Shown here: one piece after another, positions 24,265 through 37,341 of the stretch
Position numbering within the stretch: the first letter of the stretch is position 1
Layout: each line of letters begins with the position of its first letter
Translations under genes and position numbers: made by a program
Source of the DNA: Tubiluchus corallicola
Lineage: Eukaryota; Animalia; Priapulida
NCBI GenBank assembly: GCA_030141605.1
Contig: JAQGDQ010000114.1
Span: forward strand, 186,001 to 250,000
Length of the DNA: 64,000 nucleotides
Reading direction: 5' to 3'
Notes under the pieces: generated by a model
The model's database searches: none
What the model was told of the DNA's origin: nothing
The model's input: only the letters and a program-made list of their open reading frames with translations

Positions 24265-25510
24265 CTGAAATTATTCAAACATGTTTCTCATTGTGCAGTT
24301 TTACATTACAAATTCACAAGTTGTATTGTAAGTTTGCAGATATTTGCCTAGTCTAAAAAACAACACTATTACTGGCAAGTAGCCAAAAAAATACTAAGCT
24401 TTTAGGAGCTCTATTGTCAAAATAAATTAGCCCATATATTGAAATACTGAACATGGCTACTATGCTTTTAACAAATTCCTCATGCAAAAATAATTTTTCG
24501 AAAACCCTAACCACGGTTATAGTAAAACCTGTATAATCTCTTACGGTTATTACGAAACTCACTAGTACAAATTTCCATAAACACATTTTTATCTGAATAA
24601 GGAGTCAAGGTACAGTTTTTAACATTTGGCTCATTCTAAAATAACGTCATACCATGTGCTGCACTAGCTAACTATCGGTTTGTCTAACAGGAATCCAGCA
24701 ACAGCAAGATTCTCAAATTTTGTGTCTGCCCGGTAAGCTTGGTATCGAGGACAAAAGCTATTGATGCTCACTCTGCCAGCAAAAACTGCCAGACTTACAC
24801 ACATGGCAGAAAACTTTTTGATGCCATTACAGTTTATTCACCAAGTGTTAACAGGTATTAACATATGTCGTCATTTCTACCTAGCTGAACAACTGATCAG
24901 TAATGTGATTATATTGACTTCTTTCTGTACTGCATAGTAACTTGTTCATAATAATCACAAGTTGTATCTTAAACCTACAATTCTACATACATCTCAGATC
25001 AAGAGCATTCAAAACAGACTACAACCAAATGTTAAAGCACAAGAAAATCCTGTGCTCTTCATTACATACATAAAGCTAAAAATATTTGCCTTCGAAATTT
25101 TGTATCTGCCTTATTGCACACAAAGCTGGTTTAGCAGCGACGCTATATAAAATCTGAAAATTGAAACTCCCGTAACGCCAGATACATTTAAATTACACTG
25201 CGTAAAGTTTGAAAAAATAATTAGAGCATGTATAGCACACACTTCACTGATGAAGCAAAAGTATAGATTACTGTATCTTGTCAATGAGATTAAAAATACA
25301 TTTTTAGTGAGTCAGTAGTAATGCACACTGGAAAGGTAAGTCAGTGACATTTTACTAGTTGGTGTGAACACCTTATAAATTGCTAAGAATTGAAAGAATT
25401 TTCTTTTATGTTATGCAAGTCTTCCAAGCAGGTAAGCGTAAAGCTAAGTAATATAACCTTGCCTGGAAAGTTTTTAGGACATACTTGCCCTTTCTTCACC
25501 TTTAAAAGTA

Positions 25511-25964
25511 CAGTGGAACCTCGACTTACAAAAGCCCTATTATAGGAAAAATTCAGAATACGCATCGGGCTTCAAAGAAATTTGCATCCCATTTAACGAA
25601 AATCGAAAGTGCCGCCGACAGCGGTCCTCCCAGAATGCATTTCATACCATCACGTGAACGCTTTGTTGTGCGCAAAACGTGAACGTTTCGAAAAGTAAAG
25701 TGTCATTATTCGTAACAACATTTATTATTATTTTTGATTGATTTTATTATTTTCTCATTGTTTTTTAACATTTATGTAAATGATATTTCTTTCGGGTGGG
25801 TACAACATTTACACTTCATACATCTGTTTTCGGGGAGGAGGGCTGGAATGAATTACGCCATTTATAAATAATAGATCGCAATAAATCTTGTCTCATAATA
25901 CAAAAATTCTAAGATGCGAAAGCCCCTCCAGAACGAATTAATTTCGTAAATTGAGCTATCACTA
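25511..25964. mobile_element. Tigger-type MITE (degenerate TIRs) in an EED intron
   Basis: TA|cagtggaacctcgacttac ... ttcgtaaattgagctatcacta|TA. Confidence 0.65.
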
Positions 25965-26112
25965 TAATGGAGTAGAAAATGTTTATTACAGAAAGTTTTC
26001 GTGCCCCAGTTATTTTCATGTAATCTTATTTTACTGGGATTTTAAAGAACCTATGTTGACAACTGGACATTTGCATTAATAATTTCAAGTAAAAGATACA
26101 AAATAACATTAC

Positions 26113-26194
26113 CTTTACTGGCAGACAAGAGAAGGCAAGGATCACCTGGATGAAACTTCAGTTCATTAATAGAACTTCCATGCCCAATATAGTT
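26113..26194 (-). CDS. EED: EED coding exon 5: [27 protein letters not shown](D)
   Basis: 82 nt, [11 protein letters not shown] motif. Confidence 0.96.
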
Positions 26195-26533
26195 CTACAG
26201 GGCAAAATGCAATTATTATAATAATCTCTAATGAAAATAATAACAAGCACAGGTAGGAGAATCTCAACCCACATCAATTATTAGTTTTTCGTATTAGTAT
26301 TATTCAATAGTATTTTTCAATATTAATAGTACTAGTAAAGTAAGGATAACAATTAAAATAATTAGTCTTACTTCATTATTTGAGAGAAAACATCGTTAAC
26401 AAAAATTTGTTTGTCATCAATGTGAGACCCTGTTATAAATGCTTAAAAGGGAAATTCACATAACTGAATTGAATGTGTAACAATTTAGTGAGGCAATTAA
26501 AACTGAATCCGGAAAAAATATGTACAATATTAC

Positions 26534-26659
26534 CTTTACTTCCTCTGAATAAGCTGGATTTATAACACGAATTATACCCCTGAATCCTGCAATTGCTAAA
26601 ACTGGATCTCCAGTAACATCATTGTAAGACCACGCACAGGTGTAAAAATTTTCATCTGT
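26534..26659 (-). CDS. EED: EED coding exon 4: [42 protein letters not shown]
   Basis: 126 nt, DENFYTCAW motif (human Y148). Confidence 0.96.
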
Positions 26660-27071
26660 CTGAGTTACTTGATTAAGCATAACAATAAATTAAATTTAAT
26701 AAAAAGAACGGTGAATTGTTCAAACGTTTTCATAAGCCTCTGAATGGTAACATTCAACTGCCGATGAAAGCTTATAATTGCAGAATAAATGTAAAACTAT
26801 GTTTAAAGAAAAATGATAACAGATTGCAAAATAGCTGGGAAGTACAGGGTTGCCGTGGATATTATGTTTTTCATCATTATTTCATCAAAATTTTCCATAA
26901 ATTTTACGGTGATAATATCCATTCATATCCATGAATGCAATACATATACATGTATCTGAAACTACATAGCGATTTCAAAGCCACAAAATACTTACATTTT
27001 ACATTACTTTCTTATATAAAATGCAAATCAGGTTCAGCAAATGCTAGGTGATTTGAAACTACAAAGGATAC
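26660..27071 (-). other. EED: U12-type (minor spliceosome) GT-AG intron of EED
   Basis: 5' splice site GTATCCTTT; TGCTTAAT branch-like motif ~12 nt before the 3' end; no polypyrimidine tract. Confidence 0.85.
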
Positions 27072-27230
27072 GCTACTGTCCATGTAAGCGTGAACAAGTC
27101 GTATTTCGCCTGCTGCCTTCAATTCATATATTGTAGCTCTGTTTGTTCCTACGGTTGCAAATACTTGTGGATCACCAGGTCGACAAAAATGGTTGATCTG
27201 AACGCCAAACAAAGGCTGGCCATGATCTTC
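27072..27230 (-). CDS. EED: EED coding exon 3: [53 protein letters not shown]
   Basis: 159 nt; PLFGVQ (human F97) and VFATVG.NR motifs. Confidence 0.96.
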
Positions 27231-27462
27231 CTAAAATATTTATATAGTAGCAATTGTTTATAATGCTAATACAAATAGTGTATCAAATATAGGATATCAG
27301 TAGAATTGCAAAATTTATTACGATGTGAGCAGGTCTTAAAGCTTGGAGAGACTGTATTAGCTCCTGGCAAATATCGGCATTTTACCGAATCTTTAGTCCT
27401 TCTTGGAAATTACTACAGCACAGAGTTCTTCATGGTAGGTACAGGTATAACAGATGACGTAC

Positions 27463-27612
27463 CTTTATACAACCGGTACATTTATAGCCAAGTTTGCTCT
27501 TTCCAAATTTTCTCCATCTCCCTCTACCACGTTTGCTGGCAGTCGGTGTATCACTCCTAGTATCATCTGTAGCATCAGTTGTTGGTGTACTAGCTATACT
27601 TGATGCATCGTC
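27463..27612 (-). CDS. EED: EED coding exon 2: DDASSIASTP...RSDTPTASKRGRGRWRKFGKSKLGYKCTGCIK
   Basis: 150 nt; parallels human DDAVSIES...RPDTPT...GKGKWKSKK...YSFKC. Confidence 0.92.
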
Positions 27613-27808
27613 CTTATGATAAACACAATGCAAACAATAGTTAGCTCTTTCATGAAAAGTAATAGATTAACATAGATTAACAAACCTGTAGGCCTTTGAG
27701 TTAGTACAGTGCCTCAAATTGTTATTTGTTACCTATAAAATTTTTCTTGTAAAATGCTACAAGTGAAAATGTGTGGAAAAAGAATTTACAAATTTGTTTA
27801 TAACATAC

Positions 27809-27910
27809 CACATCATCAAATACACCCGAAAAAGATTCACAATTATCTAATGTTGTAGATTTGGACCTTGTTGACTGAGATATCACAATGCTTTCTTCAC
27901 TGTCAGACAT
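27809..27910 (-). CDS. EED: EED coding exon 1: MSDSEESIV...GVFDDV; full CDS 1314 nt, 437 aa
   Basis: ATG at 27910, donor GTATGT at 27808, phase 0; acceptor ttacag at 27947/27946 implies an upstream non-coding exon. Confidence 0.85.
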
Positions 27911-29128
27911 ACTGGCACAACAGAATTTGCAGCTTTACATGGAAACTGTAATAATTCAAAACAGAAGTTACAGGTATATTAATAACACAAATTCCATTAC
28001 TGCCATTGATCATACAGATAACACATCATGATCATCCACGCATAAAAGGGTGCCAATCTCTAGATCAGGGCCTAATATTGTCACTGGATGATACTGTATA
28101 CCTATTACATCATTCATAGTTATCCAACACAGTGTTGGCCAATTGGTGGGGGAAGGTGGCAGAGAGAGGTCCCCCGCCTTACATTTTCAATTAATTTAAT
28201 AGTTTTATGAAAGGAGAGACTAAAGGTAAGGATACGTATCCGGACTGCAGCAACTAAAAATACGGATCCGTGTCTCGAAGCGGTCACTAGAAAATACGGA
28301 TCGATCCGTACCGCGAAAGATATTGACGAGAAACTACTATGGATCGCCCTCAGAAATGGGCGGATATCACTTTCTTACGGATCGCCGTCAGAGAGGGAGG
28401 GTATCACTTTCTTGTTTATCCGCAGCCGCAAAATCCGCAACTGTAAATATCCGCATTCACCAAAAATCAGCGCAATAGCCGCAAAAATGTGGGCAACAAA
28501 TTAACTAGGCTTGGTATGTGTCCCCTATTGTTGAAAACTGTTTCTTAATGTGAAGGTAGAGATATAATCGCGAATCAATAATGAATTGCTAGCCAGACCC
28601 CAATTTTGCTTGTAAGCCTTCAACGACAACTCACACAGCACGATGTACATAGTGCATCGTTCAACCATATCATGCCCTTCACACTTCAGACCTTAATATA
28701 TATATATTATATTATATATATTAATTCTTTTTTGTGATGAAAATGTTTACTCATTATAATAAAATTGGGTAAGCCTCAGCCCAAAATTTGAACAATCTCA
28801 CCGAAATAGTATCTGCTTTAAGACTAAAATTTCTTCTTTCACTAACTTTAACGTTTTATTCAACACTTAATCAAACAGTGTTTCCAATATTTTAACTAGA
28901 TTTTTGGCAATTTAAAAAATCTGCTGCCATTTCACTGCACACGCATGAGATTCACAGCATATATTTTGGCAACAGGTGCATGTAACAATTTAGCAGCTGT
29001 TATAAATTGGACTTACTGTATATCATATAAAGACTAAAAATTTTTGCTATGTTCGACAAGTCAATAAATCACAACTCAAACTAAGGAAGAATACAGTTTA
29101 GTAGGTTATCACATTCACAACACGCTAT

Positions 29129-32100
29129 AATTCAATTCAATTCAATTATTTATTATCTCCGTTAGAACGATAAAAATACAGTATAAAGAATACATGGAAT
29201 ATTTTGAAGCAAAGGAGAAGGGCAGCGAAGAACCCGTAGGTTATCAAGTCAGCCACCCTTAAATAGTTATGATTAAATAAACTTAATTATGGCGTCGTTA
29301 TCAATTTAAATTTGTATTCGGTTGATGTGTGTTAATTTGGCAATTGAATGATAGGTATCGTAATACTGTAGAACATATAGTTTAAATAACGAAAGATTTA
29401 CAATTCTAAAATACTATGAATCATGCGAAGCAAACACAATAAAAATAACTTGAGATTTTTAAGATAACAGAATATGCATAATTTGAGCATTAACTAAAAA
29501 ATCCGGCAAAAAAAACAAAAAACGGTAGAATGATCAACCAAAGCTGTCGAGAAAAAAATATAATAGATTAAACCAAGGAAAAATAAGGCAAATATAAATC
29601 ATACAAAACAAAACAAGAAACAGAAGCAAATAAGAAAAACAAAACTGAAATGTTGTAATAATAACACCAATGACTGAATTTGTTGAGAAAGAAAATATAA
29701 TAAATTAAACCATCGAAAAACTATTTCAACTGTAAATCAGACAAAATGAAATCAAAATATAACAAAAACTTAAACAAAATCTTTAAGTGTCGTAGCAATG
29801 AAAAAAATATGTATAGTATTACAAGTATATAAGCAAAATGTCTCATTTATTTGTATCCTGCAATAAGTTGTTTTTTATAGTTTAAAATTAACTTTTTGTA
29901 GTTACTGGACTTTAACTGATCTGGTAATGAATTCCACAGCAAAGATCCTTTGTGTTTTAAAGAATTCTGGCCTTTAGATGAGTTAAATCTTTCAATAAAA
30001 TAAGATTGGGTTGTAGCAAACCTAGTAGAGTGGTGATGCATGTGACATGCTAAAGTATAATAATTGCTGAAGAGATCTGGAAGTGAATTATTTTTGAATT
30101 TATGTACAAACTTGAGCAATTCTAATTTATACAGATCATGAACTTTTACTAGATTTAGTTGCAAATACAAAGGTGTTACATGTTCCCTTTTGCTAGTAAA
30201 TGTTATAAGTTTGATAATCTTGTTTTGTTTAGAAACCAATGATTTTAAGACCGATGCTGAAGCACTACCCCAGGCGAGAATGCCATAACTCAGATATGGC
30301 ATGACAAGAGAAGAATATAAGAGCCGTAGTGCATCTACATTTATGTAGTGTCGTATTCTAGCTAATACTCCACTTAATTTGCTAATTTTGTTGACTATAT
30401 GCTGAACATGTGTTTTCCAAGTAATTCTACTATCTATAAATATACCAAGATATTTGATTTCTTGTGTAGATTGAATAGTACAACCTCCCATATTTATGTT
30501 TAAACTATTGTTATGTTGCTTGTTTCCAATTAACATATATTTTGTTTTTTTATAATTTATCGATAGCTTATTTGCTTGCATCCATTTATTAATACCATTT
30601 ATTTATTAATTGTCCAGTTCCACATTTACTGAATGTTCTAATGTTTTGATATTTTGGTGTGATAAAAATAAGTTTGTATCGTCTGCAAACAATCTGGTGT
30701 TAAATTGCGAACAAGATGGCAGATCGTTAATATATAAAAGAAATAACAATGGACCCAATGTAGAACCCTGTGGGACACCACAGGTTATATCAGCAAGTTT
30801 AGATTCCGATGAGTCAATAGACGTAAACTGTTTCCTATTAGTAAGGTAAGACGTGAAAAGCGCAAGAGGACGTCCCCTGATACCATAGTATGATAACTTA
30901 TATAACAAAATGTCATGTTGTACCGTGTCGAATGCTTTCGATAAATCTAAAAATATAGTACAAGTAGTTTTCCCCTTATCAATATTCGCCAGGAAGTTTT
31001 CAATTATTTCTGACACAGCTAAAGATGTAGAATGATTTTTTCTGAATCCAAATTGGAATTTAGTTAAAATTTGTTCTTTTAAAAGAAATTTAGCTAGCCT
31101 AGAGTAAATTAATTTTTCAAAAATCTTTGATATGGGAGATAAGAGAGATATTGGCCTATAATTAGTGGGATTAATGGGAGAATCAGATTTGTAAATCGGG
31201 ATTATTTTTGCAATTTTCAACACGTCAGGATAGATACCCTCTTCTACACATTTATTGAACAGCATAGTTAATAATGGAGTAATAATGGACTGTGAAATTT
31301 TAAAAAACTGATTCGAGATGTTTTCGGGTCCTGCTGATTTATTGGTTTTCAATGCAGCAATAGCAGAGGAAACTTCGTACTCGATAATTGGCGCAAAAAA
31401 GAAGGAGTTCTGATTAGGCATTCTAAGGAAAGAATCAAATGTTATTGGAGTAGGTGGTACCTTTTTTACCATATCAGAACCAACCGATGCAAAATAATTA
31501 TTCATGAATTCACAGATAGCAGGGGGTTCCGTAATCTCAGCATGATTTATTACTAGTTTGGTTGGAGTTATGCGCTGCTTGTTTTGTCCATTGATCAAAT
31601 CATTCAATGTTGCCCAAGTCTTTCTAATATTAGTTTTATTATCATGTAGTAAAGTACAATAATAATTTGTTTTGGCTAAATTTATGAGATGATTAAGTTT
31701 ATTAGAAAATTGTTTATATTGATTAATTTTTAAGATACTAGTTGTAGTCTTACAGTCCTTGTATAATCTACTTTTAGTTTTTATTGACACAAGAATACCT
31801 TTAGTTAACCATGGCTTGGAGAAAGTTACTTTTTCAGTTCTTGACAATGTCTTAAGTGGGGCATGTTTATTAAGAACTTCTTGATATATTTGGAAAAAGG
31901 TACAGAAGGCAGAATTAGTTGGCACCTCGGAAAAGTCAACAGCATCAATCTTATTTTGCAAATCCTCCAGAAATAAAGTCATGTTAAAATTCCGTTTATC
32001 CCTGATTTTAATTTTCTTTTTAACTATTAAGTTACCAATATTTTTAATAATAGCAAACACTGGTAGATGATCCGACACTTCATAAAGTATAATACCAGAT

Positions 32101-33250
32101 ATAATTGGATTAGATAGATTATTTGTATATATATGGTCAATAAGTGTCTGAGAATGGTGTGTTATTCGAGTTGGTCGTGTTACTAATGGAAAAAACTGAT
32201 TAGAGTAAAGTAAATTCAAATAATCTGCAATAAATGTTTTTTCTTCTATTTGCATAAGATTTAGATTAATATCGCCACAGATATAACAAGTCTTTCCTGA
32301 CTTGTTAATGGCTGATAATATAGAGTCCATCTCGCGGTGAAAATGATGGACATTGGTATTTGGGTGTCGATAGATCACTCCAAATGTGATTGGTTTCTTT
32401 TTACCAGGTACTTCAACATCAAGCCACATATCCTCAACTTGTATACATGATTTTTGAGTAATGCTATTACCATTCTTACTAGTAGTTACTATTTCTGTAT
32501 CACAATTAATTTTGTACTCATCTTTTACTGTATACCTCAAGCCCGATTTAAGATAAATAGCTACGCCACCTGCGCAAGTTTTAGAATCAACATGCAAGAA
32601 AGTATAGTTAGGTAAACTCGTTATAAAAGATTGATTAATTTCGTTCAATCTTGTTTCCGATATTCCAATAATATCAGGAGGAACAGTAAAGTGCATGAGT
32701 ACATCTAGCATATTAGAAAATCTCTTCTGAATACTATTGAGATTAAAATGTACTATTAATAAATCATTGTTAGACTTTTTTAGATCAGAATTTGTCTCTA
32801 GTGCATGCAAACTATAGTATTTACTATCAAACCTGGTAAGATGTGCATCAGGATCAGCATCATCCCATTTTGGTTTTGCGAGTGAAGGAAAATCAAGTAA
32901 AGAAGACAGACAGTATACATTTGTTAGATTTGAAAACAATTCGCATAAATCAGCATCATCAATACACTGAAAAGGCAAAGATTCATTTATACATTTTAAA
33001 CAAAAGTAATTATCAGAAGACAGAGCATTAGAAAAAATACGGGCTAGTAAATCATATTACAACACTCTAAGAAATTCATAACAGTTTAAGATTTAAACTC
33101 TTGCGAACTGGCGTACTACACATCAAAATATTAAAGTTCTTTGTAACAATAAACAAAATAAATTAAACAAACTATTAATTGATAGCTTATGCAACACACT
33201 GCAATCTACAAAAGCTAACAATTTGCAAGACAATAAAAGGAGACTAACTA
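29129..33250 (-). mobile_element. Non-LTR retrotransposon, L2/Crack group, 5'-truncated (ORF2 only); 5' boundary approximate
   Basis: APE endonuclease plus RT; T-rich 3' UTR; terminal stem-loop aagggtggc...gctgccctt (29260..29218); (TTGAA)n tail at 29129-29147. Confidence 0.92.
29847..32978 (-). pseudogene. LINE ORF2 (endonuclease-reverse transcriptase), interrupted by two in-frame stops at 30608..30603
   Basis: IIGISETRL, GVIYRHP, CGDIN, LIDHIY, SDHLPV, KPWLT, NYRPISLL, QFGFR, FLDLSKAFDTV, GVPQGSTLGPLLFLLYINDL, FADDT, KYLGI motifs; the two ORF-track ORFs share one frame. Confidence 0.93.
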
Positions 33251-33847
33251 ATATTTACAGTGTAAGTATTATATCACGAAGAAAAACAGTATGGCTACGG
33301 ACTGTATAATGGCATTTCACCATTTTCAATGATGTGCAGGGCACATGGTCAAACGCCGTATGTCATAAAAATGGTCAAAATCCGTAAAATTGTCACAAAA
33401 AGCACGGTTCTGCAAAAATAGCTACGAATACGGATCCGTATTCGGTATCAGTACGGATCCGCACCTCTAGTCACTGCCTTGATGAAAATACGATAGTGTG
33501 TCAATTTCGGCCTTTCACGGTTGAGTTTATAAACTAATAATGTGTCATAAGAATTAAATCCTAATTTCCATAATTGATAATGCAATCTAGTAGCCATAGT
33601 TTATAGGATCCTGTTGTAAATAAAGCATTGTGCTCAATCAGGTTTATTCCTGTTTAAAGGTTTTCTATTCCATTCCATATATTTCACTTGTATAATAAAA
33701 ATAATTGTCTGTCAAAGCAATTTTCAAAGTATTTGTGTGAAAAATTTGCGGATAGACTTCCATGCAGAGATATAATCGTTAGTTACCGAAGTATTATTTG
33801 CCGACAAATAACCCAACCGATTACATAAACCGAAACAAAGAATTTAC

Positions 33848-33960
33848 CGCAGTAAGACTCAAATTTTTTGTTGCAGTACAAATCCAGTATGGCAAATCTT
33901 CTGTAGCTCGATAGTAATTCATTTCGGACGACTATCGTACATGCCCCAAGCCTAGGCCCT
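33848..33960 (-). promoter_or_regulatory. Candidate non-coding first exon / promoter region of EED
   Basis: GCG|GTAAAT donor at 33847 in a CpG-richer patch just beyond the LINE/MITE; inference only. Confidence 0.3.
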
Positions 33961-35084
33961 ATCTTGGCCCAAACTCAAAGACGGCACACCAACATCACAT
34001 TTAAGTTCAATTGTTATTACTAAACATCCTGCAAACTGATATTTTTATATATTTATCTCCTTTTGCACACTACATAACAATCATTGTACTAGGTTTGATA
34101 GGTAGGTCACGATAATTATCACAGTAAAGTTTCAAAGCTAGAGAAAGGATCGCGAAAAGAATGTAGAGGTCACCTAATACAGGAAACTATCAATAGCCAT
34201 TCATTTGGTGGGCATGTAAATATACTGCTGACGTTTTAGGAAACGTTGGTAAATTTCAAGATTATAACATTATTATTACTACATAATTAAGGAATCCAAA
34301 ATATAAAACATTTTAATGCCACGAATAGAGGGTCGATAGAATATAGTACATCTTCAATCTTGCTGAAGCAACTAACTGAAGAAATTAACATTAATATTTA
34401 ATTTTAGGTGCAAGTAGTTCATGTCTGTCATGCAATAATAAAATGTATTGACTTAACAATATAATAATGATCATCATACTGACTATGTCAAATTTTTAAT
34501 TACATAGCAAAAATAGTAGTTATATGAGACATGGTTAAACTTTTTATAAAAAATATCGGAAATTTATGTAAATTGAGCATATCGGAGCAACCAATTGTAA
34601 AAATGTTATAATAGCAGTACTGGCCAGCTTATAGAATATTGTATAGCATCAGTTTAGAGAAACAACTAAAAGAAATTACAATAGGCAACATTTTAATTTT
34701 GAGTACAACTTCGTCATGTCTAGGCCTATTGTGTAATGATAATTATGTTGACTTTAGACAAGAATAAGATAATTATATAATAATTATCATCATGCCGACT
34801 AGATCAAACTTTTCGCGAAAAATGAGAGAACGGTTTAGCAGTAAAAGTGCGATAAGCGTCTCGTCTAATTAGTAAAATCAGCTTAAAGTCTCGTCATTTC
34901 ACGCTTGAGTGTTCTTATTTTGAATACCCATTCTTCCACCAATGACGTCGTTCATCGGCTGAAGAAAATCAACGCACTGTCAATTTCCCTCTAAAGTATA
35001 AGAAGTATATAGCTAATTTTATGTTATTTTTGCTGTAGAAGTTTGAATTAGTTTGAGCAGCCCGCGCTTTCGGGAGAGCACGAT

Positions 35085-35300
35085 GTTCTTATGAAAAGTC
35101 ACGAAGTCCACCAGTTACGTCATAATTTTCATGTGAATGGCGATTACTAAAGCGCCTCGAAAATTCTGCTCAATATAGTATAAATTAACTTTATACATTA
35201 TAAACAGCTTTTTTCAAATTTCTTTGTAATATTTTTTTAAGTTTAAGTGATAACTGTAAACTAAACCTAACACGCTGAATGACTTGTCCTTAAGACACAA
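35085..35300 (-). mobile_element. Second copy of the repeat at 905-1243
   Basis: Minus strand cgccattcacatgaaaattatgacgtaactggtggacttcgtgacttttc matches 1153-1203. Confidence 0.7.
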
Positions 35301-36954
35301 ATTTGTGGCAAGTGCACAAAACATGAATTATTTTGTAAATTTTCTAGAACAAAATTAGCATTATATGAAATGCTTAGGAAAGCTTCATCAAAACAATTGA
35401 TCATTTGTTTATTTTCACATTGCCTAAAATTTATTCAATGTTCTAGAAAATGCTTATATCCGAAACAAAAGAATTCTATACTGTGCCTAAAAACCTTTTG
35501 CATTATATATAATGCCTAGGAAAAGTGTTCGTTTGGGTTTGGACACTCCATAAAATGTGATGGTAAAGCGCCTTTTTTAAGCTGCCCCATCGTTGAAGCT
35601 GTTGCCACTCCGCCTTGAAGTTTACTTTTATTACACATTCTCTTAATGGGGTTTTGCACAGAACTTTTTTCCACAATTTGGAACCTTTAGTGAGATATTT
35701 CAATATTAAATTCATGCAGTTACAAATTTTTAGACTATTTTTGTCTGTTTGGAAAGGTAAATATATTTAAGATAATATGCAAACATAATGTACCACGAAA
35801 CAAAGGTAATGAGAACAACATAATTTCAGATATGGTAACTGTATTGTTTGGACTTTCATCTGAAGTTCTGCTCCTGTCGTGTCAGACTTGCTGTGAACGC
35901 AACACTGGCACGAAGTGGTCTACCATGACGTCATGCTTTCTCAGTTTAGAACTTCATTGTGAACCTCATTTACTAGCATAATGCCTGCAAGGTTTCAGTT
36001 TATTGTGTGCATCTTGTGCAGCTAACTTGACCAATTTTGTACTCTTGTAAACCTTCAGTGACTCTTTCCATAGTTCCATCAATTCATGACATATAATTCA
36101 GATCAAAGTGAAAGGTAGATTAAGGAGCGCGTAAATCTCGTTTACACTAGTCAGATAAACAGGCTTTTTGGTACATGTCATCTATCGGGAAAAACTGAGG
36201 GATGTCGCTGAGGGCAAATACCTATACTAAGTCCTAACCTCACAATTCAGTGACCGTATGGGGCGGTAGCTCCACCGAGTCAACGCTTTGTGCAAATGGA
36301 GACAAAAGTAGATTGTTAAATAACAGACAACAATAATTGCATGCACACTATAAACACACACTATGCATAAAAAATGTTGTAATTTTTTATTTATTATAAT
36401 TTTTGTTTTAGCCAAAATAACTTTAGGTGATCGAATGTTGTAAAAGAAATCGTCTGTCTTAAAAAAACAGTATAGGTGTTTACCCTTTTACAGGGTCTAC
36501 AGCTTGATTTTTTGTCTCATGGAATATCTGCAGATTATGAAATGATTGCACATACCGTTTCAACTGGCATTAATCAGCGCATCGTCGCTTAAACTGCCAA
36601 TCTCACGTCTTCTACGGATTTGAAACTCAGATTTATTTTCAGTCGCGATGTAGGTAATTTGAGAGCGGCACTGAATACATAATTTATGAAACCGCATTTA
36701 CGCGCTTGTTTATCATAACTTGTTCACCGCGTAAACATTTAATCTGACGATCCTGGATTAATCCAATATGAGCTTGGACGAAACTTGGTGAGATTCGGCA
36801 CAATATAATAGCTGCTCCTGTTTGGTTGCGCGTAACTCCCGACTCGACTACACTGACTTATATAATACAAATTACATAAATTACCTAACTGAAAGAAACA
36901 TAAATTATAGTTATCTGAATATCTCAGCCGTTAGCTCAGCGATTACGATATATA

Positions 36955-37341
36955 CAGGGTGAACACAAAAAGTAGGCCCTTTTAAAATGTCTTAGAACCG
37001 AGAATTTTTATCTAATTTGTATATTAAAAATTTAACGTTAAAGGGTAAACTAGAAACCCTTTATCACTTACCAACTGATTTTTGCTACCAGAATTCTAAA
37101 AATAAACGTTTCATGCTTGATAATGTCATCAGCCTCATAAAAACGAAAAACACTAGATATTAGTGTGATTGTATTGTCTTTATTACACTGATATTGTTTT
37201 TAATGTATTGACGTTAGTACGATTGTATTGTCAATAAAGCTATAGGTATTTCAGTCCTCAATTGAAAAAGTAAGTGAAGTGTCAAGGACAGTGAACAGTT
37301 TAATGATTTTTAAAAGAGCATGCTTTTTTGTGTCCACCCAT
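36955..37341. mobile_element. Mariner-type MITE
   Basis: TA|cagggtgaacacaaaaagtaggcccttttaaaa ... ttttaaaagagcatgcttttttgtgtccaccca. Confidence 0.7.

Larger units (their letters stand above)
28221..33469. mobile_element. MITE-like element with TACGGATCCG subterminal motifs, interrupted by the LINE
   Basis: Left end taaaggtaaggatacgta vs reverse complement of the right end tagaggtgcggatccgta (14/18); tacggatc(cg) repeats cluster at 28260-28385 and 33425-33462. Confidence 0.55.

Noticed and set aside
35850-36100. Coding-looking minus-strand stretch
   Set aside because: Stops in all frames examined, no recognisable homology
36741-36795. Second hammerhead-like motif (CTGACGA-TCC...GGAC-GAAAC)
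   Set aside because: Lacks the purine opening stem II and a valid NUH cleavage triplet; stem I overlaps the core
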